Positions 26,700-39,834 of a DNA stretch of 64,000 nucleotides are shown piece after piece. How positions within the stretch are numbered: position 1 is the stretch's first letter; each line of letters opens with the position of its first letter. The stretch is from NCBI RefSeq assembly GCF_028641065.1, contig NC_073378.1, positions 97,712,001-97,776,000 on the forward strand. Reading direction: 5' to 3'. The translations under genes and the position numbers were made by a program. The stretch is from Leucoraja erinacea. Lineage: Eukaryota. The notes below the pieces were generated by a model that was not told the origin of the DNA, did no database searches, and saw nothing but the letters and a program-made list of their open reading frames with translations.

Positions 26700-28352
26700 T
26701 CCCAGATGTGTGTGTGTGTGTGTGTGATGGAGGGTGTGTGTCTGTGTTTGGCTGATGGAGGGTGTGGGTGTGTGAGATGGAGTGTGTGCATGTGTGTGTG
26801 TGTGTGAGATGGAGGGTGTATGTGTGTGTGAGTGTGTGAGATGGAGGGTGTGTGTGATAAGATGGAGGGGGTGTGTGTGTGTGATGGAGGGTGTGTGTGT
26901 GAGATGGAGGGTGCGTGTGAGTGTGTGTAATGTGTGTGTGTGATGGAGGGTGTGTGTGAGATGGAGAGTGTGTGGATGTGAGTGTGTGTTTGAGTGACTG
27001 AACTGTGAGTCCACCAGCCGTGAGTGACTGAACTATGAGTCCACAGTGTGTGTGGGTGTGTGATGNNNNNNNNNNNNNNNNNNNNNNNNNNNNNNNNNNN
27101 NNNNNNNNNNNNNNNNNNNNNNNNNNNNNNNNNNNNNNNNNNNNNNNNNNNNNNNNNNNNNNNNNNNNNNNNNNNNNNNNNNNNNNNNNNNNNNNNNNNN
27201 NNNNNNNNNNNNNNNNNNNNGGTGTGAGTGTGTGTGTGTGATGGAGGGTGTGTGTGTGTGAGTGTATCTGTGTGAGATGGAGGATGTGTGTGTGAGATGG
27301 AGGATGTGTGTGTGTGTGAGATGGAGGGTCTGTGTGTGTGAGATGGAGGGTGTGTGTGTGTGTGTGTGTTTGAGTGACTGAACTGTGAGTCCACCAACCG
27401 AGAGTGACTGAACTGTGAGTCCACCAGCTGTGAGTGACTGAACTGTAAGCCCACCAGCCGTGAATGACTGAACTATGAGTCCACAGTGTGTGTGGGTGTG
27501 TGATGGAGTGTGCGTGTGTGTGTGAGATGGAGGATATGTGTGTGTGATGGAGTGTGTGTGTGTGTGAGGGAGGGTGTGTGAGTGTTTGTGTGTGAGTGAG
27601 TGTGTGAGATGGGGTGTGTGTGAGATGGAGGGTGTGTGTGTGTTGGAGGGTGTGAGTGTGTGTGATGGTGGGTTTGAGTGTCTGAGTGTATGTGTGTGAA
27701 ATGGAGGATGTGTGTGTGTGATGGAGAATGTGTGTGAGATGGAGTGTGTGTGTGATGGAGAGTGTGTGTGATGCAGGATATGTGTGTGTGTGTGAGTGTG
27801 TGAGATGGAGGTTGTGTGTGTGAGAAGGAGGGTGTGTTTGAGATGGAGGGTGTGTGTATGAGTGTGTGATGGAGGGTGTGTGTGGGTGTGTGATGGAGGG
27901 TGTGCCTGTGTGAGATGGAGAGTTTGTGTGTGTTTGTGGATGTGAGTGTGAGTATGATGGAGGATGTGTGTGTGAGATGGAGGGTGAGTGTGTGTGTCTG
28001 AGATGGAGGGTGTGTGTTTGACTGAGGGTGTGTGTGTGTGTGATGGAGGGTGTGTGTGAGTTTGTGATGGGGTGTGTGTGAGTATGTGATGGAGGGTGTG
28101 TGTGTGTGTGATGGAGGGTCTGTGTGTGTGTGGATGTGAGTGTGTGTGTGTGATGGAGGGTATGAGCGTGTGTGTGTGTGTGTGAATTACTGAACTGTGA
28201 GTTCACCAGCCGTGAGTGACTGAACTGTGATTCCACCAGCCGTGAGTGACTGAACTGTAAGTTCACCAGCCATGAGTGACTGAACTGTGAGTCCATCAGC
28301 CGTGAGTGACTGAACTGTTAGTCCACCAGACGTGAGTGACTGAACTGTAAGT
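26700..28352. repeat. Compound satellite: (TG)n-GATGGAGGG units plus a 30-bp minisatellite GTGAGTGACTGAACTGTGAGTCCACCAGCC
   Basis: Directly visible; 30-mer arrays at about 26990-27045, 27370-27485 and 28185-28352. Confidence 0.95.
27066..27220. other. Assembly gap (155 N)
   Basis: Run of n. Confidence 1.
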
Positions 28353-29068
28353 CCAAGATTCCATTCGGCCCACAATGACCATACTCAGTCTGAAGAAGGG
28401 TCTCGGCCCGAAACGTTGCCTATTTCCTTCGCTCCATAGATGCTGCTGCACCCGCTGAGTTTCTCCAGCTTTTTTGTGTAACCATACTAGACCTCTGGAA
28501 ACCTGTCCCTGCGGCCCACAACACCCATACTAGCCCTCCAGAAAGCCCACCACCACTGGCCACTGCATGATGCCATCCCCCTCGCCCGGCTGCAGGACAC
28601 TCCCTCCACCCCCATCGGCCCCTGACAGCCCCACCTAAAGCTGTGCCCCTCCCCAGGCTGCAGGATGCTCCCCCCACTGGCGCCCGACAGCCCTAGCCTG
28701 AAGCCGACCCCCTCCCCCAGCTGCAGAATGCAACAAGAGACGCAACAAGAAAGAATGGACTGAATAAATCTCCTCTTTAACGTTTAAATTGTTGTTATAT
28801 TTTAAGAGTTATTCACATTTTAAGCTTTAATAAATCCCTTTTCCACTTGCCGTGCCCGTGAGCTGCACCTGTGCAGTAATACCTGCGTGTTCTACGTCAC
28901 AATGGTAACCCAATGAGAGAGAATGGCTGTGCCGCTGGAGAGCCGCTAAGATTGGATGGGGGGGGGGATTTGAGGGGGGGATTGAGTGAGTGCGTTGGGG
29001 GGGGGGGGGGAGGGCAATGGGCAGAGTGGGGGGGGGGGGGGTGAGTGGATGAGGGGGGATCAGAATAG

Positions 29069-30101
29069 CAGGCAGTGACTAGTGGGGTACCGCAAGGCTC
29101 AGTGCTGGGACCCCATCTATTTACAATATATATTAATGATTTGGACGAGGGAATTGAATGCAACATCTCCAAGTTTGCGGATGACATGAAGCTGGGGGGC
29201 AGTGTTAACTGTGTTAACTGTGAGGAGGATGCTAGGAGACTGCAAGGTGACTTGGATAGGCTGGGTGAGTGGGCAAATGCATGGCAGATGCAGTATAATG
29301 TGGATAAATGTGAGGTTATGCACTTTGGTGGCAAAAACAGGAAAGCTGACTATTATCTAAATGGTGGCCGATTAGGAAAAGGGACGAGACCTGGGTGTCA
29401 TGGTACACCAGTCATTGAAAGTAGGTATGCAGGTGCAGCAGGCAGTAAAGAAAGTGAATGGTATGTTGGCATTCATAGCAAAAGGATTTGAGTATAGGAG
29501 CAGGGAGGTTCTGCTGCAGTTGTACAGGGTCTTGGTGAGACCACACCTGGAGTATTGCGTACAATTTTGGTCTCCAAATCTGAGGAAGGACATTATTGCC
29601 ATAGAGGGAGTGCAGAGAAGGTTCACCAGACTGATTCCTGGGATGCCAGGACTTTCTTATGGAGAAAGACTGGATAGACTCGGATTGTACTCGCTAGAAT
29701 TTAGGAGATTGAGAGGGGATCTTATAGAAACTTACAAAATTCTTAAGGGATTGGACAGGCTAGATGCAGGAAGATTGTTCCCGATGTTGGGGAAGTCAAG
29801 GACAAGAGGTCACAGCTTAAGGATAGAGGGGAAATCCTTTAGAACCGAGATGAGAAAAACATTTTTCACGCAGAGAGTGGTGAATCTCTGGAACTCTCTG
29901 CCACAGAAGGTAGTTGAGGCCAGTTAATTGGCTATATTTAAGAGGGAGTTAGATGTGGCCCTTGTGGCTAGAGGGATCAGGTGGTATGGAGAGAAGGCAG
30001 CTATGGGATACTGAGTTGGATGATCAGCCATGATCATATTGAATGGCGGTGCATGCTCGAAGGGCCGAATGGCCTACTCCTGCACCTATTTTCTATGTTT
30101 C
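29069..30101 (+). mobile_element. 5'-truncated CR1 LINE, same family as 4508-5615
   Basis: SGVPQGSVLGPHLFTIYINDLD, ISKFADD, RPHLEYCVQFWSP; 9-bp internal duplication gtgttaact; frameshift near 29385. Confidence 0.95.
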
Positions 30102-31708
30102 TGGCATTCAAATTTAAAATTGTAGAATAATAATGGATCCAAATATGTAAAAAACTCAAATGCATAAAGGCAATAGACAAATGAATGTAACTAATTAAAT
30201 AAAAATAATGTAAAAATACCATTAGCTTTCCTCATATTTATCTTTACGACCACTTTGCTCTTTTAAAATAATTAGAACCAAAATCACTGGCATAGATTAT
30301 TTTTAAGTGGATTCCGCAGTTGTAAGGGGAGTGGAATTATCAAAACTGAATGATCCACCATGGGCCTCCATGAACAGGCGACACAGCAGAGAACAGCTGT
30401 CAGGCCTTCATGCCACCTTAACATCCCTACTCCTATATACCCTAATTAATATCCTGTGTGCCATCTTAACCAATCTTACCTATCTGCATCTGTGGTCTGT
30501 CTCTCTTTCCCTCTACCCTAATTCTTGGTTTGAAGAGGGATCTCAACCCGAAACATCACCCATTCCTTCTCTCCAGGGATGATGCTTGGCCCACTGAGTT
30601 ACTCCAGCATTTTGTATCTATCTTCAGTGCAAACCAGCATCTGCAGTTCCTTCCGACAAGTCCTTTTTGTCGCTTAATATTTCCTGTGGTCCGACATCTA
30701 TTTTGTATATCTTAGCCTTTAAGTCTTCCCAGGATAAATCCCCCCACATTCTTCATCTGTCATTGTTCTGCCTGACTACCTCTTCAAAATCTTCTTAAAG
30801 CAGAAGAATACCTTCTTCCATATCAATGACATCACCAATATTTATGTCATCTTCAAACTTTCTAATTATGTCTCCTACATTCACATCACGAAGGAGAATT
30901 TGATCTCTTTGTGCACGCATCATTTCCCATAATTTTGTGGCCACCTATGAAACCCACCAAACAGATGTCTCTTTTTCTGATGAAATGGGTGTGCTCTGCA
31001 GCTGAAATAATTCTTGCATGAATCTTAACATGATGGCTGGTTATAACAAGTGGATCAAATTGCAATCCAAAACAGTTCAACATAAACAAACGTACAACAA
31101 AAGATTTGTATAAATCTGTCTCTGGTTAGATGAATAACTTCCCTTCAGTGTTTAAACAATCAGATGTCTTTCTTATATGTAAAAAACCATGAACCAATTA
31201 ATTTAGAAACTGTCCTTTTTATTTTCCTGAACGAAATAGCAAGCTTATCATTGAAGTTGTTCCAAGAAATTACCCATAAGCACTCGAGTGGCTCTCTCTA
31301 AATGGGTTATTTTCCAAATTCGTGCTACTATTTCGTAGGTTTATTGCCAGTAATGCATATTGGAAATATGGTCACGCACTCTGCCTGATTTTCCATCTAT
31401 TATTTTAAATAAATAATGGTGATTAATCCTTTCATAGGCACCATTGTTCAAATCAAATCAACGTTTTTTTCATGCCCGCTCAATTATGGATTTCAGTTCC
31501 GATGCCTAATGTTCTGTCATGGGAATAAAACTGGCTCCGTAAACAAACTGAGAACGTTATGCCCCATACCAACTTCCTGGAACAAGTTGCTAGGAAATTC
31601 CGATGGTTAGACATGCAAATTCTGTTAGCCTGCAGGAACGGACTTGCAGTAAGACCAGAGCAATGCATCACGTTGCACCAATAAACATTGCAACTGACGT
31701 TTAAAATG

Positions 31709-32365
31709 ACACTTAGTTAACCTGCACAAACTCTGTGGCATTGAGGGTAAAGGTTTCATCCTCAATAGTCATGAGCCCTCGTCTGACAGAGAAGGAAATG
31801 TAGTTGCAGGAAAGAGCAGGTGCCCATTGTCAGACATATCTTTTGAGTAGCTGACGGAAAAACTATGGAAACTGAGTAAGAAGTTTGCTGGAAATAATTT
31901 TTGTGCGTGTGTAGCATGCATTGAAAAAAATCCTATCGTGTTATAAATGCACCGTGAAGAAACTGGAAAACCTGTACCAACATTTGCAATTTTTTTCATA
32001 CCTGGAGAAAGAATATTCAGATACGATCTTGGATCCTTGGAACATGTTATGAAGATTTGTTTCATAGAATGGGACTATGAAAGGAAAGATGACTGGGTGA
32101 GCCTCACTCATTACTCCTGCATTGTGATTAACATAAAAATACGGATCAAAATCAATCAGGCCACTTACATGGAACTCTATTAACAAGAACTGCCATTTAG
32201 TGAGATTGAAAGAGTCAAGGCAAATCACTTTAGCTGTTGAGATTTTTATGTGGATTGTACAGATGACCAGGTGAAGTTGAATAATGCAGGTGACAGACTA
32301 TTGAGGATGAAACTTTTATCCTCAATGTCTTGCTACCACTGCTTTTGTGCAGGTTAACTGAGTGT
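31709..32365. mobile_element. Old MITE-like element with ~60-bp imperfect TIRs
   Basis: acacttagttaacctgcacaaa...cattgagggtaaaggtttcatcctcaatagtc (31709-31770) is inverted at 32296-32365. Confidence 0.65.
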
Positions 32366-32384
32366 TCATACATAATCTCTGAAA

Positions 32385-33056
32385 TCTCCTGACATGTTGG
32401 GCACCCACATCTCAGCAGATCTCAGGTGGTCAACTAACACGCACTCCCTGGTAAAGAAGGCACAACAATGGCTTTACTTCCTAAGATCACTCAGGAAAGT
32501 CAACTTGCCACGACAGCTGCTCGTGTCATTCTACCGTTGCTCCATAGAGAGTGTCCTGACATAAGGCATCCTGGTGTGGTATGGCAACAGTTCTGCAGCT
32601 GACAAGAAAGCTCTGTAGAGAGTCATCAACACAGCCCAGAAGATCACCAACACACATCTGCCTGCCCTGGAAGAGATCTACAGCTCTCACTGCCTGCGAA
32701 AGGCATCACGCATCCTAAAGGACTCGTCTCATGCCGCACATCACTTGTTTGCCCTTCTACCCTCAGGAAAGCGTTACAGGTCCATCAAATCACACACCAC
32801 AAGATTAACAAACAGTTTCTACCCCAAGGCCATCATCACTCTGAACTCTGCACTGAACACACACCCCCCATAGTCAATATTTTGTACTGCTATAACACTA
32901 CTGTGAAATATTGCACATTCTGACTTGACAACGTTTTTCTTGCCGTTTTTTTCTTTTCCTGTTTCCATTGTCGTTATTAATTATCTGTTACGTTAGAGCT
33001 CCGCTCGGGCAGTGCGCCTGAAATGTTGTTGTATTTGTTTACAATGACAATAAAGT

Positions 33057-33127
<71 letters not shown>

Positions 33128-33135
33128 GTTATTAT
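32385..33135 (+). mobile_element. Rex/Babar LINE 3' fragment with (ATT)n tail (33058-33135)
   Basis: KKAQQWLYFLRSLRK, FYRCSIESVLT, LLPSGKRYRSIKSHTTRLTNSFYPKAI. Confidence 0.85.
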
Positions 33136-34298
33136 TCCTGCACTTGCTGGGTTTTTTTTTAAATTTAAACTCTGTTTCACAGTAGAGTCTTACTAACATT
33201 GTATACACATCACAGAATCAAATACTATTATGTCATTTTCTGATAATTTTATTTCTGATCATTCAGCTTTTCCAATCCACACACTTGTTCGGCAAGCCTC
33301 AATGTTCAGAGCATTGGCCCACATGGACATTCTCCAGAATTTTACTCGGTTATCTCCAGAGTAGATATTTGAGGAACTTTCATGCAAGATATCAGGTAAG
33401 CATCTACTGGCAAAGTTTGATGGGCTTGGTTTCCTTTGTTAGTTTTGCTGGTTGCACTGTATTAATCCAGCCATAAATACCTCCAGCTATTTTAAAAAGG
33501 AAGGAAACAATGCTGTTTCAAAGGAAATTTTGAATTTCCTCTCAGTAGTGACTGTGCATTAGTGTTATGCAGTCTCTTTCCAAAGCTAGACTGTTGAAGC
33601 AAACACAGAAATATTTTAGTTCCAGATACTTTCAGACCTTGCAGTTCCAACATTTGTAATTCTAATCTGCAAACAACATGAAATGTCCAAAATGGCAGTG
33701 ATTCTTTACAATTCTCACATAGCAGAACCTAATGTACAAAGGTGTGATTCTGAGAGGCTGACTATATTTTTGCACTTATTTGATGACAAATTTACTGGTT
33801 GGCTTGATCAATTATTTCAGTTGGAAAATTTTGACAGACTAAAATCATAGTTCTAACCAGTCTGAAGAAGTGTCTTGATCCGAAACGTCACCCATTCCTT
33901 CTCTGCAGAGATGCTGCCAGTCCCGCTGTGTTACTCCAGCTTTTTGTGTCTATATCTTCAGTATAAACCAGCATTTGCAGTTCATTCTTACTTAGTTCTG
34001 TCTTTCTTGTGACTCATCTTTAATTTGGCTTTGACTTATTGCTTAGTGTTTGATAAAACAGGTAATAATAACTTCTGATTGTCGAGCAGTTTATGAAAAC
34101 TTTTTTTTACTTTAAAATAAAAAAGATTATTGTTACCCCTCACTCTAATAAGGCATTCGTAGATATGAATGGATTTTATCGTTCTGGCAGGCTTAATATT
34201 CCGGTGTGTTTTGCCCATTTTCTCAAGTCTTCTCAGCTGCCTTTATACCCAAAACAATAGGTAATATGATGAACCTCTGTAGTATTGAAGACTGTTCT

Positions 34299-34449
34299 GA
34301 TATAATGTGCCCTTTAGCCTTTAAGTAATTTCAAAACTAATGGTTAAGAATTGTTTTAAATATTTATGGTGTGGTTTTATAATATTATTCCAAACAATTC
34401 TTAACCATTAGTTTTGAAATTACTTAAAGGCTAAAGGGCACATTATATC
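34299..34449. repeat. Perfect 58-bp inverted repeat with 35-bp spacer
   Basis: 34299-34356 is the exact reverse complement of 34392-34449. Confidence 0.95.
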
Positions 34450-34709
34450 TGTGCATATTTGGTTCTATACCTCTTGTGGTATGAGATAGAAATAGATGCT
34501 ATGGAATAAATTCTTAATATTGACCCTGCAGAATTTCCCATCAATGTTCAGTGTAAATACTGATTATTTCTCTTCTCTATTCCTCTTCCATCTCTTGTGC
34601 TAAAGAAAAGGGAGCTGTTGCGGGTTGCTCTGGCCTGTGAATACTGCTGTTTTTGATGACGCATTTGCCAGCACAATAGTCACAGAACTTGCTCCTATCG
34701 ATATTCTGT

Positions 34710-35000
34710 TTGTTTAGTTTAGAGATACAGTGCGGAAACAAGCTCTTCAGGTCCAATCTGTCCAGTGATCCCCGCACACTCACACTATCCTACACACACT
34801 GGGGGCAATTTACACTTATACTGAGCCAATTAGCTTACAAACTTGTATGTCTTTGGCATATGGGAGGAAACCGGAGATCTAGGAGAACACTCATGCAGGT
34901 CACGGGGAAAATGTATAAACTCAGTACAGACAGCACCTGTAGTCAGGATCAAACCCGGGTCTCTGGCGCTGTAAGGCAACAACTCTACTGCTGTGCCACC
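34710..35000 (-). mobile_element. V-SINE copy
   Basis: Similarity to 2490-2802. Confidence 0.8.
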
Positions 35001-36619
35001 CTGCTGTCCTTATTTTCTCGAGTACACTCAAGCATTTTATTTTGGTTTCCACACTATTAATATCTATTAAAAGAGCAGCATTTAAAACAACATCAAGTAG
35101 TAAATAAAAGTTAATTGTGACTTTTTTTGGGTGATAGGAATAACATTGTTATAAGTAGCGTTTCCATATTATGTTAAGCACATTTCAATTAACTATTTTC
35201 CACACACATCACGTTTATCAAACTTCATAATGAGCAACACCAAGATGATGAAAATTTTAATCAAATTTGGCCAGGCCAAGTATGAAAAAACCAAAACAGT
35301 AATCACAATTGTCGTTAAATACAATAATATCTGACAACTGAAGAGACACAAGTGAATGCAACTGCCGGATGCTGTCCAAAAAACAAAGCACCAGAGTAAC
35401 TTAATGGGTGAGTAACATTTGTGAGTGAAAGGAATTGTTGTGTTATAATTGAGACTCTCCACCAAGATCTGATGCAAAAAAATAACTGATTCCATTCACA
35501 GATGCTGCCTGACCTGCTGAGTTCCTCCAACATTCTGTTTTTTTTTGCTGAAAATTCACCAGCTGTAGTCTCTTGTGCCTCCATCAATATCTGTTAGTTG
35601 CTTTAAAATTGGAGATCAATAGGTTGCACGTCAAAACTGATTCTTAAAGTTGTAGACACATTACCTACCACTGTGGCCTTGAAATATATCACCATGTTTT
35701 CATCATTGTCTAAATTCTGTAACTCCTCACCAATAGTGCTGTAAGAGTATATTCACTAGAAAGACTAATGGTTCAAATAGCTAACTCCCCAGTGCCATGT
35801 CAGGGGCAATAAAGAATCAAAGAATCAGAAAGAGGAATGGGGGCCGCATGGTGGTGCAGCAGTCAGATGCGTAGAAAGCATTTTATCGGAATGCATCACA
35901 GCACGTTGGGAACAGATCCAACCAAGACCGCAAGAAATTTAGAGAATTGTCGGCACAGCCCAGACCATCACACAAACCAACCTCCTTTCCATTGACTCCA
36001 TTTACTACTCACGCTAACTCGGCAAGGCTAGTTGCGTAATCAAGGACAACACGCACACTCCCACACACATACACACAACTCCCTTTCCTGTGTCCACCTA
36101 TAACCTGCCATGCTTCGGCCGGCTCCTCTCTCTCAGCTCTTTCCTCCCCCCTCACCAGAATCAGAATGAAGGTGGGTCCTGACCCAAAACGCTACCTGTC
36201 CATATTCTTCACATGCTGTCTGATCCACGGAGTTACTCCAGCACTTTGTGTCTTTTTGTATAAACCAGCATCTGCAATTCCTTCTAAAAAATCCTGTTAA
36301 TCTTTGTGTTTCTAAATAAACCGGTCAAAACTGCACATCACCACAGAAGTGCAATTGCAGGTGTATAATCAATTATTCTACAGTTCAGTGGGATACATTT
36401 CATCCATTTTGAATATGGTTCAGTTTACAGATTTTTATTTAATTGCCTTCAATTACAGCAGGGAAACCCATAGGTTAGTTTTTATATTTAAATTATTTTA
36501 GAGTTAACATGCTTACAATGCCCACTTCTATATATCTATTGATTATTGTGTTGTTTTCTTTAAATTATTTATCCAAAAATGGGTCCTGATTTCTATCGTT
36601 GGCGTATGGATGTAATTAC

Positions 36620-37210
36620 TTGGCCATCCGGAAACAATTCTGTATATCTGTTATATCTGGAACAGGAGATGAAACTTAGCACAAGCATAATTCAGTTTAA
36701 AAAGATGTACAAAAACACTTGTTTAAAAGGATATTGGGATGAGGATAGGTGATTGTGAGTGTGATATTTGTTATACTGATTGTATTGGGAAGGGTGATTA
36801 TAGAGTGATGGTTTGTATATATGACTAAGATACTGTATAGAATATGAGGGCTTTTTCTTTTCTTTTTCTTTTTTTCTTTTTTTGTATGGCTTTGTAAATA
36901 TTTGATTAGTGTATAAATGTAAATAATTTGGTGTACATATAGTGGCTGGTGTACATATGGTGTACATATAGCTGCTAAATTTGTATAAGATAATTACAAG
37001 CAGTTGAATAAGGGGTGGGAATTAATAAGCTTTGGCTTCTTCCTGCTCCTTTTCGGACACATACGATTTCATTTATTTATAGATATTGTTTATGACACTT
37101 TATAAATATTTTTGTTTTGTTTTTTGTATGCTGTTTCACATTTGCTTTTTATTCTTTTATTCTGTTCGAAATAAATAATAAAAAAATATATTAAAAAAAA
37201 AATAAATAAA
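36620..37210 (+). mobile_element. LINE 3' end (L2/Crack-like) with poly(A) tail
   Basis: Decayed LWN...IIQFKKMYK motif, 3' UTR aggggtgggaattaataagctttggcttc, A-rich tail. Confidence 0.55.
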
Positions 37211-38409
37211 AGTTCTGATCGTTTTGCTTGTTTTGTTCTGAAGCCTAGTGTATGAAACATTGAACAGATATCTCATACCTGACTGCAGAAGTACCTTTAT
37301 GGTAAAGTGTAGGATAGTATTTGGGAGGGATGTGGATAAAGAAATGAATAGTGAAATACTAACAAAAGTTCATAGATAAAAAAAAATACCACATTCATGC
37401 TGTGAGGAAACATTTAAGAAGCAAATACTGTGCAAAAACGTTTATTTGAACCTGCTGCAAAAATATCAAACCTACAATTTTATTCAATTTCATAAACTTT
37501 TCTAAAGTGGTTTCTTTGTTAAAATATTTCTGCAGGGACTTTTGTATATGAAAGACAAGATTGTGAATAGTCAGGTCAACAAAGGAACAATCACATATTT
37601 CAAAATAAGTCATCTGATAATGATTTATTATTTTCTTCACTCCAGGTACACTTTCTGTTTCAAATGTATTTGATTTATACTGTGCAGTGCAGTGGGGCAG
37701 CTGGTCGAACTGCTGAACTGCTGTCTCAAAGCTCCAGTTACTCAGGTTATTTGCCCCATGTCCCACAGACCTACAGGTTGATGGGTCAATTGGCGATTGT
37801 TTGCCCGTGTGTGTTGGTGCGTGGTAGAATCTAGGGGAATTGATGTAAATACTTGGTGGCAAAGGGTAGGATTAGTATAAATGGTGTTGGTGCAAAGGGC
37901 TTTTTTCTGTAATTTCCTATAATTCCATAATTGGTCAGCATTCCTTCAGATAGGTCAGTATAAATGTGACAGTGTATAAACAGTATAAGTTTGGTACATA
38001 AACTGTCCTTCCTCTATCTTTTCTCATCTGTACTCAGCAAATAGTATATAAAAGGCACAAAACACGACTGTCGTGAAATACATCTCAAGCACAGTTCCAT
38101 AAAAAAAGCTTCAAAAACTCAGCATCATCTAGGAAACACTAAAGCTCATGACCACTTCTCTCAGCTAACTGGACAGCAGGAATCTGAACACACAGCCATC
38201 GGTAAGTACCCATTTCCAAGTTACATACCCCAATGACATGGAATATAGTTTGATTTTTTCACCATTACTGGGTCTATACACTAAAGTCAGTGGTGGTCAA
38301 TAAATGCTAGTCTTGCCAGTAATGAATAAAATTCTATATTTCCCTTCAGGTTAGTAGCTGTCTTTTTAATTAATTGAAAAAAAATGTTTAAAACCAATGT
38401 AACTTGAAG

Positions 38410-38730
38410 GGCACTGTTATGCTGCTTGAAGAGCTGCTGCCTGTCTGCTCCAGAGACCCAAATTCGATCCTCACCTTGGGTGCTGCCTGTGTGGAGTTTG
38501 CACAATCTCACTGTGGCCATGAGGATTTCCTCCTAGTGCTCCATTTTCCTCTCGTATCCCAATGGTGTGTGGATGTTTAGGTTGATTGGCTTCTGTAAAT
38601 TGCCCCCAGTATGTAGGGTGTGGATGCAAAAGTGAGATGAATAGAACTCGTGAACGGGTGATTGATTGTTGGCGCAGACCCGATGGGCCGAAGGGCATGT
38701 GTCCAAGCTGTGTCTCTAAACTAAACTCAA
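38410..38730 (+). mobile_element. V-SINE copy
   Basis: V-domain and tail. Confidence 0.75.
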
Positions 38731-39834
38731 TTAAACAATATAACTTGGTTCCAATTATAGTTTTCTTTCTAACCAAACATAGGTTGTTAAGTCTCAGAGT
38801 CCTTGCATTGCTGAAATAAGTCTGATAATAAAATAAAATTCACCCTTCAACTCAAGTGGCGTGTTGGAAAGTATGACCACCAGGTTAGTTAATATTTACC
38901 CCTGCAATAGTCTTTGTGCTTCGCCTGAATTTAATTAGCTGTGGCAGGAATGACTGATGGCGTAAAAAATTTACCAAGCCCAGATCTTGGCTCTAATCAC
39001 TGTGGATCAAGTCAAGGGTACCCATAGGAAAATACTTTGAATCCAACCAATTCATAACACTGGCTTCAACAAAACTGCTTCGCTTATATTCAAGCCAAGG
39101 AATCTGTCTGCTTGACTTTGGTCGCAGGTATTGTTGTGATTACTGTCAGAAGTCTCATATTGCAAAGTATCAGGTTTAAATGAATACATTGCAAATAATT
39201 GTTTTTAATGGACTGAACAAATGAAGTTATCCATCTTGTGTAACTACACCAACAGTGACTTGTAATTTGCAAATCTTTTCTTCCAATTTGGCCGCTGTTA
39301 GCTGCAATGGGGAATAAAATCCAAAACAATATAAACCATCGCTCAATGACTTTGAAAAATATATACTGGCTACCAGGTGAGCTCATCTGGGAATAAAGTG
39401 CATGGGACTTAAGCCAAGGCTTTTAGAGACACGTCGTCAGCAGATGAAACATAACTGTTTTGTGGATTGGTCTCATGCCCAGTGTTTAATGTTTAAACAA
39501 AGTCCTCCTTGAACTAACACCACCAAAACTTGTAAAATATTTGTTTTCCATCTTCAGTTTAAATCTTGTTATTCAATTCTTTAATATATCTACATCTAAA
39601 AATAGGACCGTTATTTTAAAAAATTGATTAAAATGGCTTTGAAGATTTTTTTAAATATCTTCCGTTTCAAGTGATTGATCTTGTTCGTTGCTAGTTGTCA
39701 GCTAATTGGCTCTCAAGCCTAAATACTAATGGCATTCAATACATTTTTGAGGTAATTAATTCTGCCCAAAGTACTTTCTACAGTGCCACTTTTGACTGGT
39801 CCCTGACTACATGTGGGAGAGTATGGGCCAAAAT

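Larger units (their letters stand above)
26215..29068 (+). mobile_element. Helitron-like non-autonomous element with internal satellite; 3' end replaced by CR1
   Basis: Begins tct(at)actattactaaaactctc; first ~190 bp related to the reverse complement of 53110-53315; no TIR or TSD. Class assignment is inference. Confidence 0.5.

Noticed and set aside
26396-28296. 352-aa and 540-aa His/Thr-rich ORFs
   Set aside because: Translations of the (CA)n-based satellite that run through an N gap; not genes.
28185-28352. Regular 30-bp repeats resembling a CRISPR array
   Set aside because: Head-to-tail units without unique spacers, vertebrate context, no cas genes; a minisatellite.
32977-33208. Poly-Ile and poly-Asn ORFs
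   Set aside because: Products of the (ATT)n LINE tail.
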